From NCBI GenBank assembly GCA_964388455.1, contig CAYMAN010000001.1:27158-91157 (forward strand): a stretch of DNA of 64,000 nt. Reading direction: 5' to 3'. Position numbers and translations under genes: made by a program. The DNA comes from an uncultured Eubacteriales bacterium (GTDB lineage: Bacteria; Actinomycetota; Coriobacteriia; Anaerosomatales; JAAXUF01). Under the pieces are notes generated by a model. That model saw nothing but the letters and a program-made list of their open reading frames with translations. It was not told where the DNA came from and did no database searches. This document shows positions 56,281-64,000 of this stretch, piece by piece. Within the stretch, counting starts at the first letter, position 1. Each line of letters opens with the position of its first letter.

Positions 56281-57662
56281 TTGATCGCACCCGACGGCAT
56301 GTTGGGCGGATCGACAAACTTCGTGTAGCGGTCGTTGAAGACAAGCTGCACGGTGTCGGTCGGTCCGTTACGGTGCTTGGCCACGATCAGCTCGGCCGTG
56401 CCCTTCTGGGGCCGGCCCTCTTCCTCTTCGCCGCGAGGATCCGTGTTGCGGTCGATGAACATGACCACGTCGGCGTCTTGCTCGATCGCGCCGGACTCGC
56501 GGAGGTCGGAGAGCTGCGGGCGCTTGCCGGCACGCTGCTCGACCGCACGCGACAGCTGCGAGAGCGCGATGACCGGGACTTCGAGCTCCTTGGCTAGGAT
56601 CTTCAGGCCTCGCGAAATCTCGGCAATCTCCGTCTGGCGGCTCTCGGAGCGGCTGTTGTGCGACTGCATGAGCTGCAGGTAGTCGACGATGATGAGTCCC
56701 TTGGGCTTGTCACGCAACTGACGACGAGCCTTGGCGCGAATCTCGAGGATGGAGATCGACGGCGTGTCGTCCACGTAGAACTCCAGGTTCGCGAGCTTGC
56801 CCATTGCGTTATGGATGGAGAACCAGTCCGACTCCTTCACGTACCCGGTGCGCACGTCTTGCAGGTTGATGAGCGCCTCGGAGCACAGGACTCGCTGCAT
56901 CAACTGCTCGGCTCCCATTTCCAGTGAGAACACGGCGACCGCCGCCCCGGCCTTCGCGGCGTTGACCGCGATGTTGAGCGCCAGCGCCGTCTTGCCGACC
57001 GCAGGACGCGCCGCAAGGACGATCAGGTCGCCGGGGTGCATGCCCGCCAGAAGCTTGTCGAGCTTCTTGAAGCCAGTGGGAACGCCGGTGACGTGCTGCT
57101 TCTTCTCGGCGAGTTCCTCGAGCTGCTCGAAGGAGATCTTGAGGAGGTCGTTGATGTACTTGAAGTTGCTCTGGACGCGTTTGTTGGTGACGTCGAAGAC
57201 CAGCTTCTCGGCGTCGCCGACGACCTCGCTCATGTTGTCGGGAGCGTCGTAGCCGAGGGCCACGATCTGCGTACCGGCGCCGATGAGCTGGCGCAGCATC
57301 GACGTCCGCTGAACGATCTCAGCGTAGCGGCTCCAGTTGGCGGTTGTGGGAACCACTCCCGTGACGTCGAGCAGATATGTCTTGCCACCAGCGGCTTCCA
57401 ATTCGCCGCTCGATTCCAGTCGATCCGCGATCGAAAGATGGTCAATCGGGATGGAGCGATTCTGCAGGTCAGCCATGGCGGTGAAGATACGAGCGTGCGC
57501 CGGGCGATAGAAATCCTGCGGCTGCAGCATCGCCAAAGCGCCTTCGACGGCTTCAGAGGAAAGGAACATCGCGCCGAGAATTGCCTGCTCAGCCTCCAGA
57601 TTGTGCGGGGGAACGCGGTCGAAACCGCCTGATCGCTCTATCCGGAATTCGCCGTCGGCCAT
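56277..57662 (-). CDS. dnaB: replicative DNA helicase
   Basis: ATG 57662 (MADGEFRIE...PPHNLEAEQAILGAM) with GGGAG SD. Walker A ARPAVGKTALAL. LIIVDYLQLM. Confidence 0.95.
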   Translation of the reverse strand: MADGEFRIERSGGFDRVPPHNLEAEQAILGAMFLSSEAVEGALAMLQPQDFYRPAHARIFTAMADLQNRSIPIDHLSIADRLESSGELEAAGGKTYLLDVTGVVPTTANWSRYAEIVQRTSMLRQLIGAGTQIVALGYDAPDNMSEVVGDAEKLVFDVTNKRVQSNFKYINDLLKISFEQLEELAEKKQHVTGVPTGFKKLDKLLAGMHPGDLIVLAARPAVGKTALALNIAVNAAKAGAAVAVFSLEMGAEQLMQRVLCSEALINLQDVRTGYVKESDWFSIHNAMGKLANLEFYVDDTPSISILEIRAKARRQLRDKPKGLIIVDYLQLMQSHNSRSESRQTEIAEISRGLKILAKELEVPVIALSQLSRAVEQRAGKRPQLSDLRESGAIEQDADVVMFIDRNTDPRGEEEEGRPQKGTAELIVAKHRNGPTDTVQLVFNDRYTKFVDPPNMPSGAIN

Positions 57663-57872
57663 GTAGCTCCCTCTCGTGTCCGCCGGCGCTCGCGACACAA
57701 ATGTCGGGTGCCACACGGACTGCAGGAGGTGATTCTAGCGAACCACAGTGACACGGGCGACGGCGTTTGCTGTCGGTTGTCGTCGATGTCCACAGGTGTC
57801 CCGACGCTCACCTGCGCCGATACGAGTTATCCCCAGTATCCACCGATTCCCGAGCAACTTCTCCACAGACAC

Positions 57873-57909
57873 GAACAGCGTCGCCCCCGCGCGGGAGACG
57901 ACGCTGTTC
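57873..57909 (-). terminator. hairpin downstream of rplI
   Basis: GAACAGCGTCG...CGACGCTGTTC, a perfect 11-bp outer stem enclosing a GC-rich sub-stem. Lies 30 nt after the rplI stop. No T-run. Confidence 0.45.
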
Positions 57910-57938
57910 GGTGGTGAAACCTTGAACCGAAGCGCTGC

Positions 57939-58562
57939 CTACTCGGCGGCCTCGGCTTCGACAGCCTCGTCGACCGCGACGTCAGTCTCGGCCTGCTCGG
58001 CGGTCTCTTCGACGACCTCGACGAACGGCTCGCCGTCGGCGTCGATACCCTCGACCTCGGCCACAACGGTCTCGGGGACCGAAGCGGACTCAGCGGCGGG
58101 AGCGGACTCGGTGTGGCCTTCGCCCACGACGTTGATGCTGAGCTCAGCCTTCACGTCACGGTAGATGGCGACGGTAACCGGGTGCATACCGGCGGTCTTG
58201 ATGTGACCGTGGGTCTCGATCTTGCGCTTATCGAGCTCGATGCCCAGCTGGGCGACGATGGCGGCCTCGATCATGGTCGACGTGACCGAGCCGAACAGAC
58301 GACCCTCGTCACCGACCTTGGCCTCGACGGTGACGACCTTGTCGGCCAGGGAAGCAGCGAGCTTCTCCGCGTCAGACAGACGGCCCTCTTCGCGCACCTT
58401 GATGTTCTTGGAACGCATTTCGAGCTGCTTGAGATTGCCCTTGGTGGCCTCGATGGCTACCTTGCGGGGCATGAGGTAGTTGACCGCAAAGCCGCGAGCG
58501 ACCTCGATCACGTCGCCCTCGCCTCCGCGACCTTTCAGTTCCTGCAACAGGATGACCTTCAT
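57939..58562 (-). CDS. rplI: 50S ribosomal protein L9 with an acidic C-terminal extension
   Basis: MKVILLQELKGRGGEGDVIEVARGFAVNYLMPRK. About 60 extra Glu/Ala/Val-rich C-terminal residues. Confidence 0.95.
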   Translation of the reverse strand: MKVILLQELKGRGGEGDVIEVARGFAVNYLMPRKVAIEATKGNLKQLEMRSKNIKVREEGRLSDAEKLAASLADKVVTVEAKVGDEGRLFGSVTSTMIEAAIVAQLGIELDKRKIETHGHIKTAGMHPVTVAIYRDVKAELSINVVGEGHTESAPAAESASVPETVVAEVEGIDADGEPFVEVVEETAEQAETDVAVDEAVEAEAAE

Positions 58563-58617
58563 GGTTACTCCTTCAATGTCGCCGGACGGACATATCCGTC
58601 CGGACGGCAGTTCTCAC

Positions 58618-59577
58618 TTACCAACGCCTGGATGGCTCCACTGGCGCCGCCGGCATCTCCCCGTCGCGGGGTAGACGTCGGAAGTTGATCCAAAAGTCCA
58701 AGAGCCCGGAAAAGCTGATCGCGAGCGTGAACACGTCGAGCGCGGCGAGCGCAGCCAGCCCAAGGATGCGCCCGCCGAGACCGACGCCGGCCCGGTCGAG
58801 CAATCCCGCAGCCACACCGATTCCCTGAAGGAAGAACAGTGCGCGTGTACACAACAGTAGATTCAGCCCCACCACGCCGAGCGTACCCGACGCCGCGAAA
58901 GCTCCGTACGAAGCCGCCACCAGAAAGACACCCGCAACGAACACCCAGAGCACGTGCGGCGTGATATCGAGCCGCGACAATGCCGGAATGTCGAGCGAGA
59001 CGCCTGCTCTGCGAGCGGCCCACGCGATTGCTGCCACAACAAGCACAGCCAAGAGCACCGCCGACTGGAAGTACGTCGAGGGCCATGACGAGACGATGAA
59101 TGTCGTCGCCTGCGTCATCTGCGCTGTCAGATCCGCCGGAGCGTTCGCCCCGAGCGACTTGATCAGCCCAGCGGTGATGAGCTTAGTCTGCTCGGTGATC
59201 TGCTCAGGAAGCGTTGTCCCAGCAGCACGAGCGGCAAGCGCATCGAATCCCGCGCCCGACACCGCGAACGCACCGATCAGGCTGCCCGCGATGACCTGGA
59301 ACGAGCTTTTGGGAAGCAGCGCCACAGCGAGCACAACAGCGAGCATGATGGGAGCCACGTAGAATGCTCCGCCGGGCATCAGGAAACTAGCGAGCACGAT
59401 TCCGAACCCGGCCGCAGCCGCGGCGATGATGCCACGACCCCGGTACGTCAGACCCGCGATGCCGGCAGCCGCAATCGGCAGACCGAAGATCGCCACTGAC
59501 GAAGTCAGCGCCGTTCCAAGGACTGTCGCTACGACGAGCAGCAACACGTCACGCGTGCTTGTGGTGCGAACCTCCAC
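58618..59577 (-). CDS. DUF2232 (YybS-like) polytopic membrane protein
   Basis: 319 aa, multi-TM. Its position between rpsR and rplI matches the yybS location known from Firmicutes. Confidence 0.6.
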   Translation of the reverse strand: MEVRTTSTRDVLLLVVATVLGTALTSSVAIFGLPIAAAGIAGLTYRGRGIIAAAAAGFGIVLASFLMPGGAFYVAPIMLAVVLAVALLPKSSFQVIAGSLIGAFAVSGAGFDALAARAAGTTLPEQITEQTKLITAGLIKSLGANAPADLTAQMTQATTFIVSSWPSTYFQSAVLLAVLVVAAIAWAARRAGVSLDIPALSRLDITPHVLWVFVAGVFLVAASYGAFAASGTLGVVGLNLLLCTRALFFLQGIGVAAGLLDRAGVGLGGRILGLAALAALDVFTLAISFSGLLDFWINFRRLPRDGEMPAAPVEPSRRW

Positions 59578-59583
59578 GAAGAA

Positions 59584-59847
59584 CTACCTGCCGCCCCTGC
59601 GGTCGATACGGCCGCTGATGACCGGAACGGTGTAGGGAACGAGTGCCATCTCACGGCCGCGCTTGACGGCGATCGAGAGCACGTGCTGGTGCTGGGCGCA
59701 GTTGCCGGAAACCCGACGCGGCTTGATCTTGCCACGGTCGGTCATGAACTTGCGCAGCATCTGCACGTCCTTGTAGTCGATGTACTCGACGTGGTCCTTG
59801 CAGAACTGGCAGTACTTGCGACGCGGCTTGCGTGCGAAATCGGACAT
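59584..59847 (-). CDS. rpsR: 30S ribosomal protein S18
   Basis: [44 protein letters not shown]. Confidence 0.95.
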   Translation of the reverse strand: MSDFARKPRRKYCQFCKDHVEYIDYKDVQMLRKFMTDRGKIKPRRVSGNCAQHQHVLSIAVKRGREMALVPYTVPVISGRIDRRGGR

Positions 59848-59931
59848 GTCTTCTGACCTCCTTCCGCGATGGTAGTCGCGGTGTTGATACGGTGTGCGCC
59901 CGAGGGGAGGGCGCGGGATAGTTTCAGGTGC

Positions 59932-60363
59932 CTAGAACGGGATGTCTTCGTCGACGACAGAGCTCGACGCGGGGGCGCTCTTGGGGGCAGGGGCGCTATA
60001 GCCGCCTCCACCACCGTGACCGCCGCCCTCGCCGCGCGCGCTCAAGAACTCGATATCATCGGCGATGATCTCGACCTTGGAACGCTTGTCGCCATCGGGG
60101 GTCTCCCACTGGCTCCAACGCAGCTTGCCTTCGATCGCGAGCTTCGAACCCTTGCTCAGGAAACGCGAGACTGACTCTGCGCGCGTACCGAACATGGTCA
60201 CGTCGAAGAAGTTGGGAACGTCCTCCCACTCCCCCGACTGCGGGTTCTTGCGACGGTCGTTGACGGCGATACCCATCTTGAGAATGGACATGCCGCCCGC
60301 CGACTGACGAAGCTCCGGGTCGCGGGTCAGGTTGCCGCTGATACAAACTCGGTTGATGCTCAT
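59932..60363 (-). CDS. ssb: single-stranded DNA-binding protein
   Basis: ATG 60363 (MSINRVCISGNLTRDPELR) with GGTGG SD. OB fold, Gly-rich tail, acidic tip DEDIPF. Confidence 0.95.
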   Translation of the reverse strand: MSINRVCISGNLTRDPELRQSAGGMSILKMGIAVNDRRKNPQSGEWEDVPNFFDVTMFGTRAESVSRFLSKGSKLAIEGKLRWSQWETPDGDKRSKVEIIADDIEFLSARGEGGGHGGGGGYSAPAPKSAPASSSVVDEDIPF

Positions 60364-60439
60364 TTGAAACCACCTTCTGATGTACACGGATTCGGGCTAT
60401 TGCACCCGAGGCCGCGGAACGAGCCGCCTTGCGAGGGAA

Positions 60440-60754
60440 CTAGGCCTTAACACCCTTGACCTTGTCCTTGTCCTCGCGATTCACGAGCATGAACCGCACC
60501 ACGGGATCAGTGATTCGCAGTACGCGGTCGAGCTCGGCGATTGCGGCCGGCGCGGTGTGGAAGTCGACAAGGACGTAATCGCCCTCGGTCACCTTGTTGA
60601 TCTCAAAGGCGAGCTTGCGCTTGCCCCACGAGTCAACGGTATCCACCACGCCCCCGTCAGCGGTGATAACGCCCTGGACCTTGTCCAGAACGCCCGCGCG
60701 GGCCTCATCATCAAGAGAGGGGTTGAGCATAAGCAGCAGTTCGTAAGCCTTCAT
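60440..60754 (-). CDS. rpsF: 30S ribosomal protein S6
   Basis: ATG 60754 (MKAYELLLMLNPSLDDE) with GGGGAGGTGA SD, inside track ORF 60440..60838. Confidence 0.95.
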   Translation of the reverse strand: MKAYELLLMLNPSLDDEARAGVLDKVQGVITADGGVVDTVDSWGKRKLAFEINKVTEGDYVLVDFHTAPAAIAELDRVLRITDPVVRFMLVNREDKDKVKGVKA

Positions 60755-60834
60755 ATGTGTCACCTCCCCTGGGCTAGTCGGCCCCGGGACTATGAAGGCG
60801 CACCCCGGAGCAGGAAATGAGCCTGTGGAGTGTA

Positions 60835-61968
60835 TCACCGGCTCGCGACTGCGGCAACATCGTCTCTTATGGCACTGACAGGAACCTTACCGAGACCTTC
60901 CATGCCGCCCGCTCGCCACAGCGGCCACAGCGCGCCGACCGCACACAGCACTCCTGCCGCAAGCAGTGCCGCCGTTCGCGCCCCCCGACCCGCCATTCTC
61001 ATCCCGCGAGAGATCGCCGAGCCGAGTCGCCCGTCCCGAGCCGCCGAGGATGCCGCGCGCGCGACCTTGGCGCCGGTGGAGATCGTCTCCCCTGCGTCCG
61101 CGAGAACGCCGGTCGCCTGCAGCGCCTCGGGTACCCGGCCGCTGCTGCCCGAGAGCGTCACACCCGGCGCGACCTCGCCAGCGACCGCCGCTGAGTTAGA
61201 GCCTGCATCGGCGAGTCTCGAACCCGCGCTTGTCGTCACAGGGACGACCGAGACGCCGGGCACCGTGCCCGGCGACCCCGTGGCCGACACGACATCCGCC
61301 AGGGTCGACACAGCGCCCGTTGGGGTCGACACGGCATCCGCAACTCCTACGGTGACCCCAGGCGCGAGCACGGCATCGCCCACCGCCGCACCTACTGCCG
61401 CACCGACTGTACCGACTGCGGGCTCCCCCACCGTCACCGGTTGCGCCTCGGCGGCCGGTTGAGCGGCGATCGGCACCGGCATGAGACTCGTCGGATCCAG
61501 ATACAGGTTCCCCATGCGCAGCCCCAGATGCAGATGTGTTGCCGAGGAGGACACGTCCCCGTCTGCTGCGAGCGTCGCGACCTGCTCGCCCTCTTCGACG
61601 GTGGCGCCGCGCACGACCATCACCCGATCGAGCGGCAGCAGCGTCACCGATCCCTGCGCCGTGCGGATGCTCGTCGCCAGAACGGTCGTGCCTCCCGCAC
61701 CCGGCACCCGTCCCACAAACGTGACCTCCCCCGCCAGCGGTGCGACCACCTCCGCACCCTCCTCGCCCACCAGGTCGAGGCCGCGGTGCGTAGAACTCTT
61801 CCCGTCGGCAGCGGCATACGTTGCCCCAAAGCCGAGCCGCACTTCTGTAGCCCCGCTCGCAAGCGGCGAGCGCGCCAGCGCGACCGACGGCGCCCCCAGC
61901 GCCATGCCCGCGCTGACGCACAGTGCGATCGCACCACCAATGATGTTCCGAACTGAAGTCGTGTACAT
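60835..61968 (-). CDS. M23-family metallopeptidase with a low-complexity spacer and C-terminal TM anchor
   Basis: ATG 61968 and signal peptide (IIGGAIALCVSAGMALGAPSVALA). HRGLDL and ATHLHLGLR motifs. ~200 aa of Ala/Val/Gly/Thr/Ser-rich sequence, then LLAAGVLCAVGALWPLW. Confidence 0.75.
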   Translation of the reverse strand: MYTTSVRNIIGGAIALCVSAGMALGAPSVALARSPLASGATEVRLGFGATYAAADGKSSTHRGLDLVGEEGAEVVAPLAGEVTFVGRVPGAGGTTVLATSIRTAQGSVTLLPLDRVMVVRGATVEEGEQVATLAADGDVSSSATHLHLGLRMGNLYLDPTSLMPVPIAAQPAAEAQPVTVGEPAVGTVGAAVGAAVGDAVLAPGVTVGVADAVSTPTGAVSTLADVVSATGSPGTVPGVSVVPVTTSAGSRLADAGSNSAAVAGEVAPGVTLSGSSGRVPEALQATGVLADAGETISTGAKVARAASSAARDGRLGSAISRGMRMAGRGARTAALLAAGVLCAVGALWPLWRAGGMEGLGKVPVSAIRDDVAAVASR

Positions 61969-62107
61969 GATGAAACCCCTCGCCTTCTCGGCGAGGAACG
62001 GGTGTCTGAGGGTATACGAACAGGTGTTCGACACCGAGAGCGAACTTCCTGCACGCTCGCCGAGAAACACACACGGCCGTCCACCAAGGACGGCCGAGAA
62101 AGTGCGC

Positions 62108-62182
62108 TGGAGCGGGTGACCGGACTCGAACCGGCAACTTTCAGCTTGGGAAGCTGACGCTCTACCATTGAACTACACCCGC
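62108..62182 (-). tRNA. tRNA-Gly (anticodon CCC), CCA encoded
   Basis: GCGGGTG-TA-GTTC-AATGGTA-GAGC-G-TCAGC-TTCCCAA-GCTGA-AAGTT-GCCGG-TTCGAGT-CCGGT-CACCCGC-T-CCA folds as a cloverleaf by hand. Anticodon loop is TT-CCC-AA. Confidence 0.85.
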
Positions 62183-62228
62183 GCGCCGCGAAAGTGTATC
62201 CCAGCGCGCACGAGCGCCGCAAACACGA

Positions 62229-62256
62229 AGCGCCGCCAGACGAATCCGGCGGCGCT
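62229..62256 (-). terminator. intrinsic-terminator-like hairpin after the DUF5679 gene
   Basis: AGCGCCGCC-N10-GGCGGCGCT (9-bp stem). On the minus strand it is followed by TCGTGTTT. Confidence 0.45.
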
Positions 62257-62282
62257 ACGATACGTAACTCAAGTGGCTTGTC

Positions 62283-62432
62283 TTACGACTTGCCGATCTT
62301 GAAGATCTTGGTTCCGCATTCAGGACAGATGCCCTGGCTTGCCGGACGTCCGTTCTTCATGGTGATTTCCTGGGCGTCCTTCATTTCCCTCTTGGCCTTG
62401 CACTTAACGCAGTAGCCTTCCTTAGCAGCCAT
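62283..62432 (-). CDS. DUF5679-type zinc-ribbon mini-protein (49 aa)
   Basis: ATG 62432 with GGAGGTGA SD. MAAKEGYCVKCKAKREMKDAQEITMKNGRPASQGICPECGTKIFKIGKS (CxxC...CxxC). Confidence 0.6.
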   Translation of the reverse strand: MAAKEGYCVKCKAKREMKDAQEITMKNGRPASQGICPECGTKIFKIGKS

Positions 62433-62597
62433 TCGCGCAGTCACCTCCTTGTTCGATGCGATCTGGCAACGGCCGCACACCCGGGCAGGCATGGCCGTGG
62501 CGCTTTGATGGTCCCCTCGGGGCAGGAACTTCCTGCCTTCATTAGGAAATACTACAGAATCCAGCGCGGTTGTCACGCCTTGCCTATTCGGGAACTT

Positions 62598-63254
62598 TCA
62601 GAGTTCGTTTCGCTCGGAGGTCTTGAGGAGCCTCGCGAGCCATGCGAGGAGGCCTGCACCGAGGCCCATCGCAGTCGCCCAGGCCACCCCGGACGTGATC
62701 CAGAACGGCTCCGGGAACGTCTGGATCAGCAGGGAGTCGTAGGCGAACGTCCACGTGCCTGAGGCGAAGAACAACCCGTGGAACGCGGCGAAGAAGATGT
62801 CGAAATCCGAGACGGCTGCGATGGCCGCGAGCACGATGAGCGCCAGCGTCAGGATCGCTCCTGCCCGCAATGCGGCGATGACGGCATCGATACGCTTGCG
62901 CCGAAACATCACCACGATCCACGCGGTGACCAAAAGCGTGAGCACGCCTGTGAACAGGCGTGCTCGGATGAGAACCACGCGCACGTCGATCAGATGGGAG
63001 CTGGCAGAAGCGTCGAAACCATCGCGTCCGTCGACGGTCACGGGCAGCGCGTCGGCGTCGCTCTCAACCACGAAGGCGCGAACCTGCTCGGCTACTTCGA
63101 GCATACGCTCGGGGGGCAGCCCGGCCTCCTCGGCAAGCGAGAGGCGGGAAGCCAGCGCGCGCGTGAACGCGGGGCCTGTGAGCGGCAGGATGGCGATGCC
63201 GGCGATCATCAGCGCCAATGTGATGCCTACGACCCATGCGGAGATTGTGCGCAT
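62598..63254 (-). CDS. TIGR01906/DUF1461-type integral membrane protein
   Basis: ATG 63254 (MRTISAWVVGITLALMIAGIAIL) inside track ORF 62598..63557. HLIDVRVV and FHGLFFASGTWTFAYDSLLIQTFPEPFW motifs. Confidence 0.55.
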   Translation of the reverse strand: MRTISAWVVGITLALMIAGIAILPLTGPAFTRALASRLSLAEEAGLPPERMLEVAEQVRAFVVESDADALPVTVDGRDGFDASASSHLIDVRVVLIRARLFTGVLTLLVTAWIVVMFRRKRIDAVIAALRAGAILTLALIVLAAIAAVSDFDIFFAAFHGLFFASGTWTFAYDSLLIQTFPEPFWITSGVAWATAMGLGAGLLAWLARLLKTSERNEL

Positions 63255-63258
63255 AGCC

Positions 63259-64000
63259 TTACAGCTCGGTCGGATCGGCCGGGTACAACTCGTCTTCGTC
63301 GGTCGACATGTCGTCGCCAGCCTTGTCGCCGAGACGCGTACTGGATCGCGAAAGCTCGAGCGTGGAGGCGGCGACCACGACATTCCCGCCCCCGCTGATG
63401 GCGGCGGCCAGCGCCTGGTCGGCGGCGTCGAGCAACTCGTCGACGGTCGAAGCGTCGACGGGAAGTGACGCGATTCCGATCGAGACACTGACGCTGGCAT
63501 CGTCGACGGTCGTCGAGCCGATCGCGCGGCGCAGCTTATCGGCGAGGTGGGCGGCATCTGTCACACCGGGGGGGCGCTGGGTCGTCACGTCCTCGGCCAG
63601 AAGCACCGCGAACTCCTCGCCACCGATTCTCGCGGCAAGGTTCGAGGTGACATCGGCATCGTCGGCGGTCTTGAGGCAACCGGTGATCGTCGTGGCGATG
63701 GCGCGAAGCAGCTTGTCGCCTCGTTCGATGCCGAACCTCTTGTTGAACACACCGAAGCTGTCGATGTCGAGCAGGATCAAGTGGACCGGGCGATCATCCC
63801 GATGTGCTCGGCGGATCTCTGCGGCGAGCGCCTGAAGGAAGAAGCCGCGCGAATACAGCCCTGTCGCGGCATCGAGCACGGTCATCGACTGGCGACCGGA
63901 CTCCTCGCAGCGCTGCTCGTGGACCAGCTGCGTCGCGACCGCGGCGGTACCGGCGAGAACCCCCACCTGCCAGAGGTAGCGCACGAAGACGAAGACGGGA
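63259..64000 (-). CDS. diguanylate cyclase (GGDEF domain, GGEEF active-site form); N-terminus beyond the window
   Basis: DAATGLYSRGFF...LLDIDSFGVFNKRFGIERGD...ARIGGEEFAVLL. The frame stays open upstream of the track's GVG start (PVFVFVRYLWQVGVLAG, TM-like), so the gene is partial. Confidence 0.8.
   Translation of the reverse strand, partial: PVFVFVRYLWQVGVLAGTAAVATQLVHEQRCEESGRQSMTVLDAATGLYSRGFFLQALAAEIRRAHRDDRPVHLILLDIDSFGVFNKRFGIERGDKLLRAIATTITGCLKTADDADVTSNLAARIGGEEFAVLLAEDVTTQRPPGVTDAAHLADKLRRAIGSTTVDDASVSVSIGIASLPVDASTVDELLDAADQALAAAISGGGNVVVAASTLELSRSSTRLGDKAGDDMSTDEDELYPADPTEL

Noticed and set aside
57663-57938. Chromosomal origin (oriC) in the rplI-dnaB gap
   Set aside because: It has only three degenerate DnaA-box-like nonamers, no obvious AT-rich unwinding element, and no dnaA/dnaN nearby. 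It is reported only as a low-interest regulatory possibility.
61200-61470. Recurrent GTCGACAC / CCGCACC-type motifs in the M23 peptidase gene
   Set aside because: They reflect a low-complexity Ala/Val/Gly/Thr coding spacer (for example VGAAVGAAVGD). They are not a CRISPR or an intergenic repeat array.
62108-62182. tRNA-Gly as an integration hotspot or genomic-island boundary
   Set aside because: There is no integrase, recombinase, direct repeat of the tRNA 3' end, or phage/transposon gene on either side within the window.

Overview
GC-rich window (roughly two-thirds G+C by eye, not computed) that is almost fully coding: about 70 CDS and one tRNA. I found no rRNA, CRISPR array, transposase or integrase. 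Gene content points to an anaerobic high-GC Gram-positive organism, possibly a Coriobacteriia-like Actinomycetota; this placement is low-confidence inference. Supporting content includes rubrerythrin, an Mvh/HdrA hydrogenase, a corrinoid methyltransferase module, selenocysteine use, and rpsF-ssb-rpsR-DUF2232-rplI-dnaB synteny. Main blocks, in order: (1) 1-5.5 kb: membrane PAS sensor pair, aldo-keto reductase, radical-SAM/SPASM enzyme, DUF4395, Cys/Met PLP enzyme. (2) 5.9-12.5 kb: translationally coupled operon mvhD-mvhG-mvhA-hdrA-like-tusA-maturation protease-MBL hydrolase, with no hdrBC. (3) 12.6-21 kb: tryptophanase/tyrosine phenol-lyase family enzyme, a PadR/membrane sensor/toastrack lipoprotein module, rubrerythrin, AlkA-like glycosylase coupled to a di-iron-like degenerate GGDEF protein, a LysR regulator with a divergent mini-ORF, and an NmrA-like reductase. 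(4) 21-28.6 kb: copper module (tandem-domain lipoprotein, 4xHMA CopA, two cupredoxin-like proteins, Met-rich membrane protein) followed by msrB. (5) 28.7-36.6 kb: crcB, then a corrinoid methyl-transfer module (DUF1638, RACE activator, HyuA-like ATPase, URO-D MT, corrinoid protein, URO-D MT). (6) 36.6-37.4 kb: an msrA with an in-frame TGA at the catalytic Cys position and a SECIS-like hairpin, so a probable selenoprotein that the ORF track splits. (7) 37.4-45.3 kb: TIGR00300-family enzyme, orphan pilin, purE, HemN-like radical SAM, purD, GT2, purA. (8) 45.5-53.7 kb: secreted repeat protein, two HlyD adaptors, a split ABC-2 exporter, TetR. (9) 53.7-64 kb: hypothetical protein, COG2509-type flavoprotein, glutaredoxin-like protein, dnaB, rplI, DUF2232, rpsR, ssb, rpsF, M23 peptidase, tRNA-Gly(CCC), DUF5679, TIGR01906 membrane protein, partial GGDEF cyclase. 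Many long ORFs in the track are antisense or alternative-frame artefacts of the high GC and were rejected. All calls rest on reading the translations and the DNA by eye; no searches or folding computations were run.
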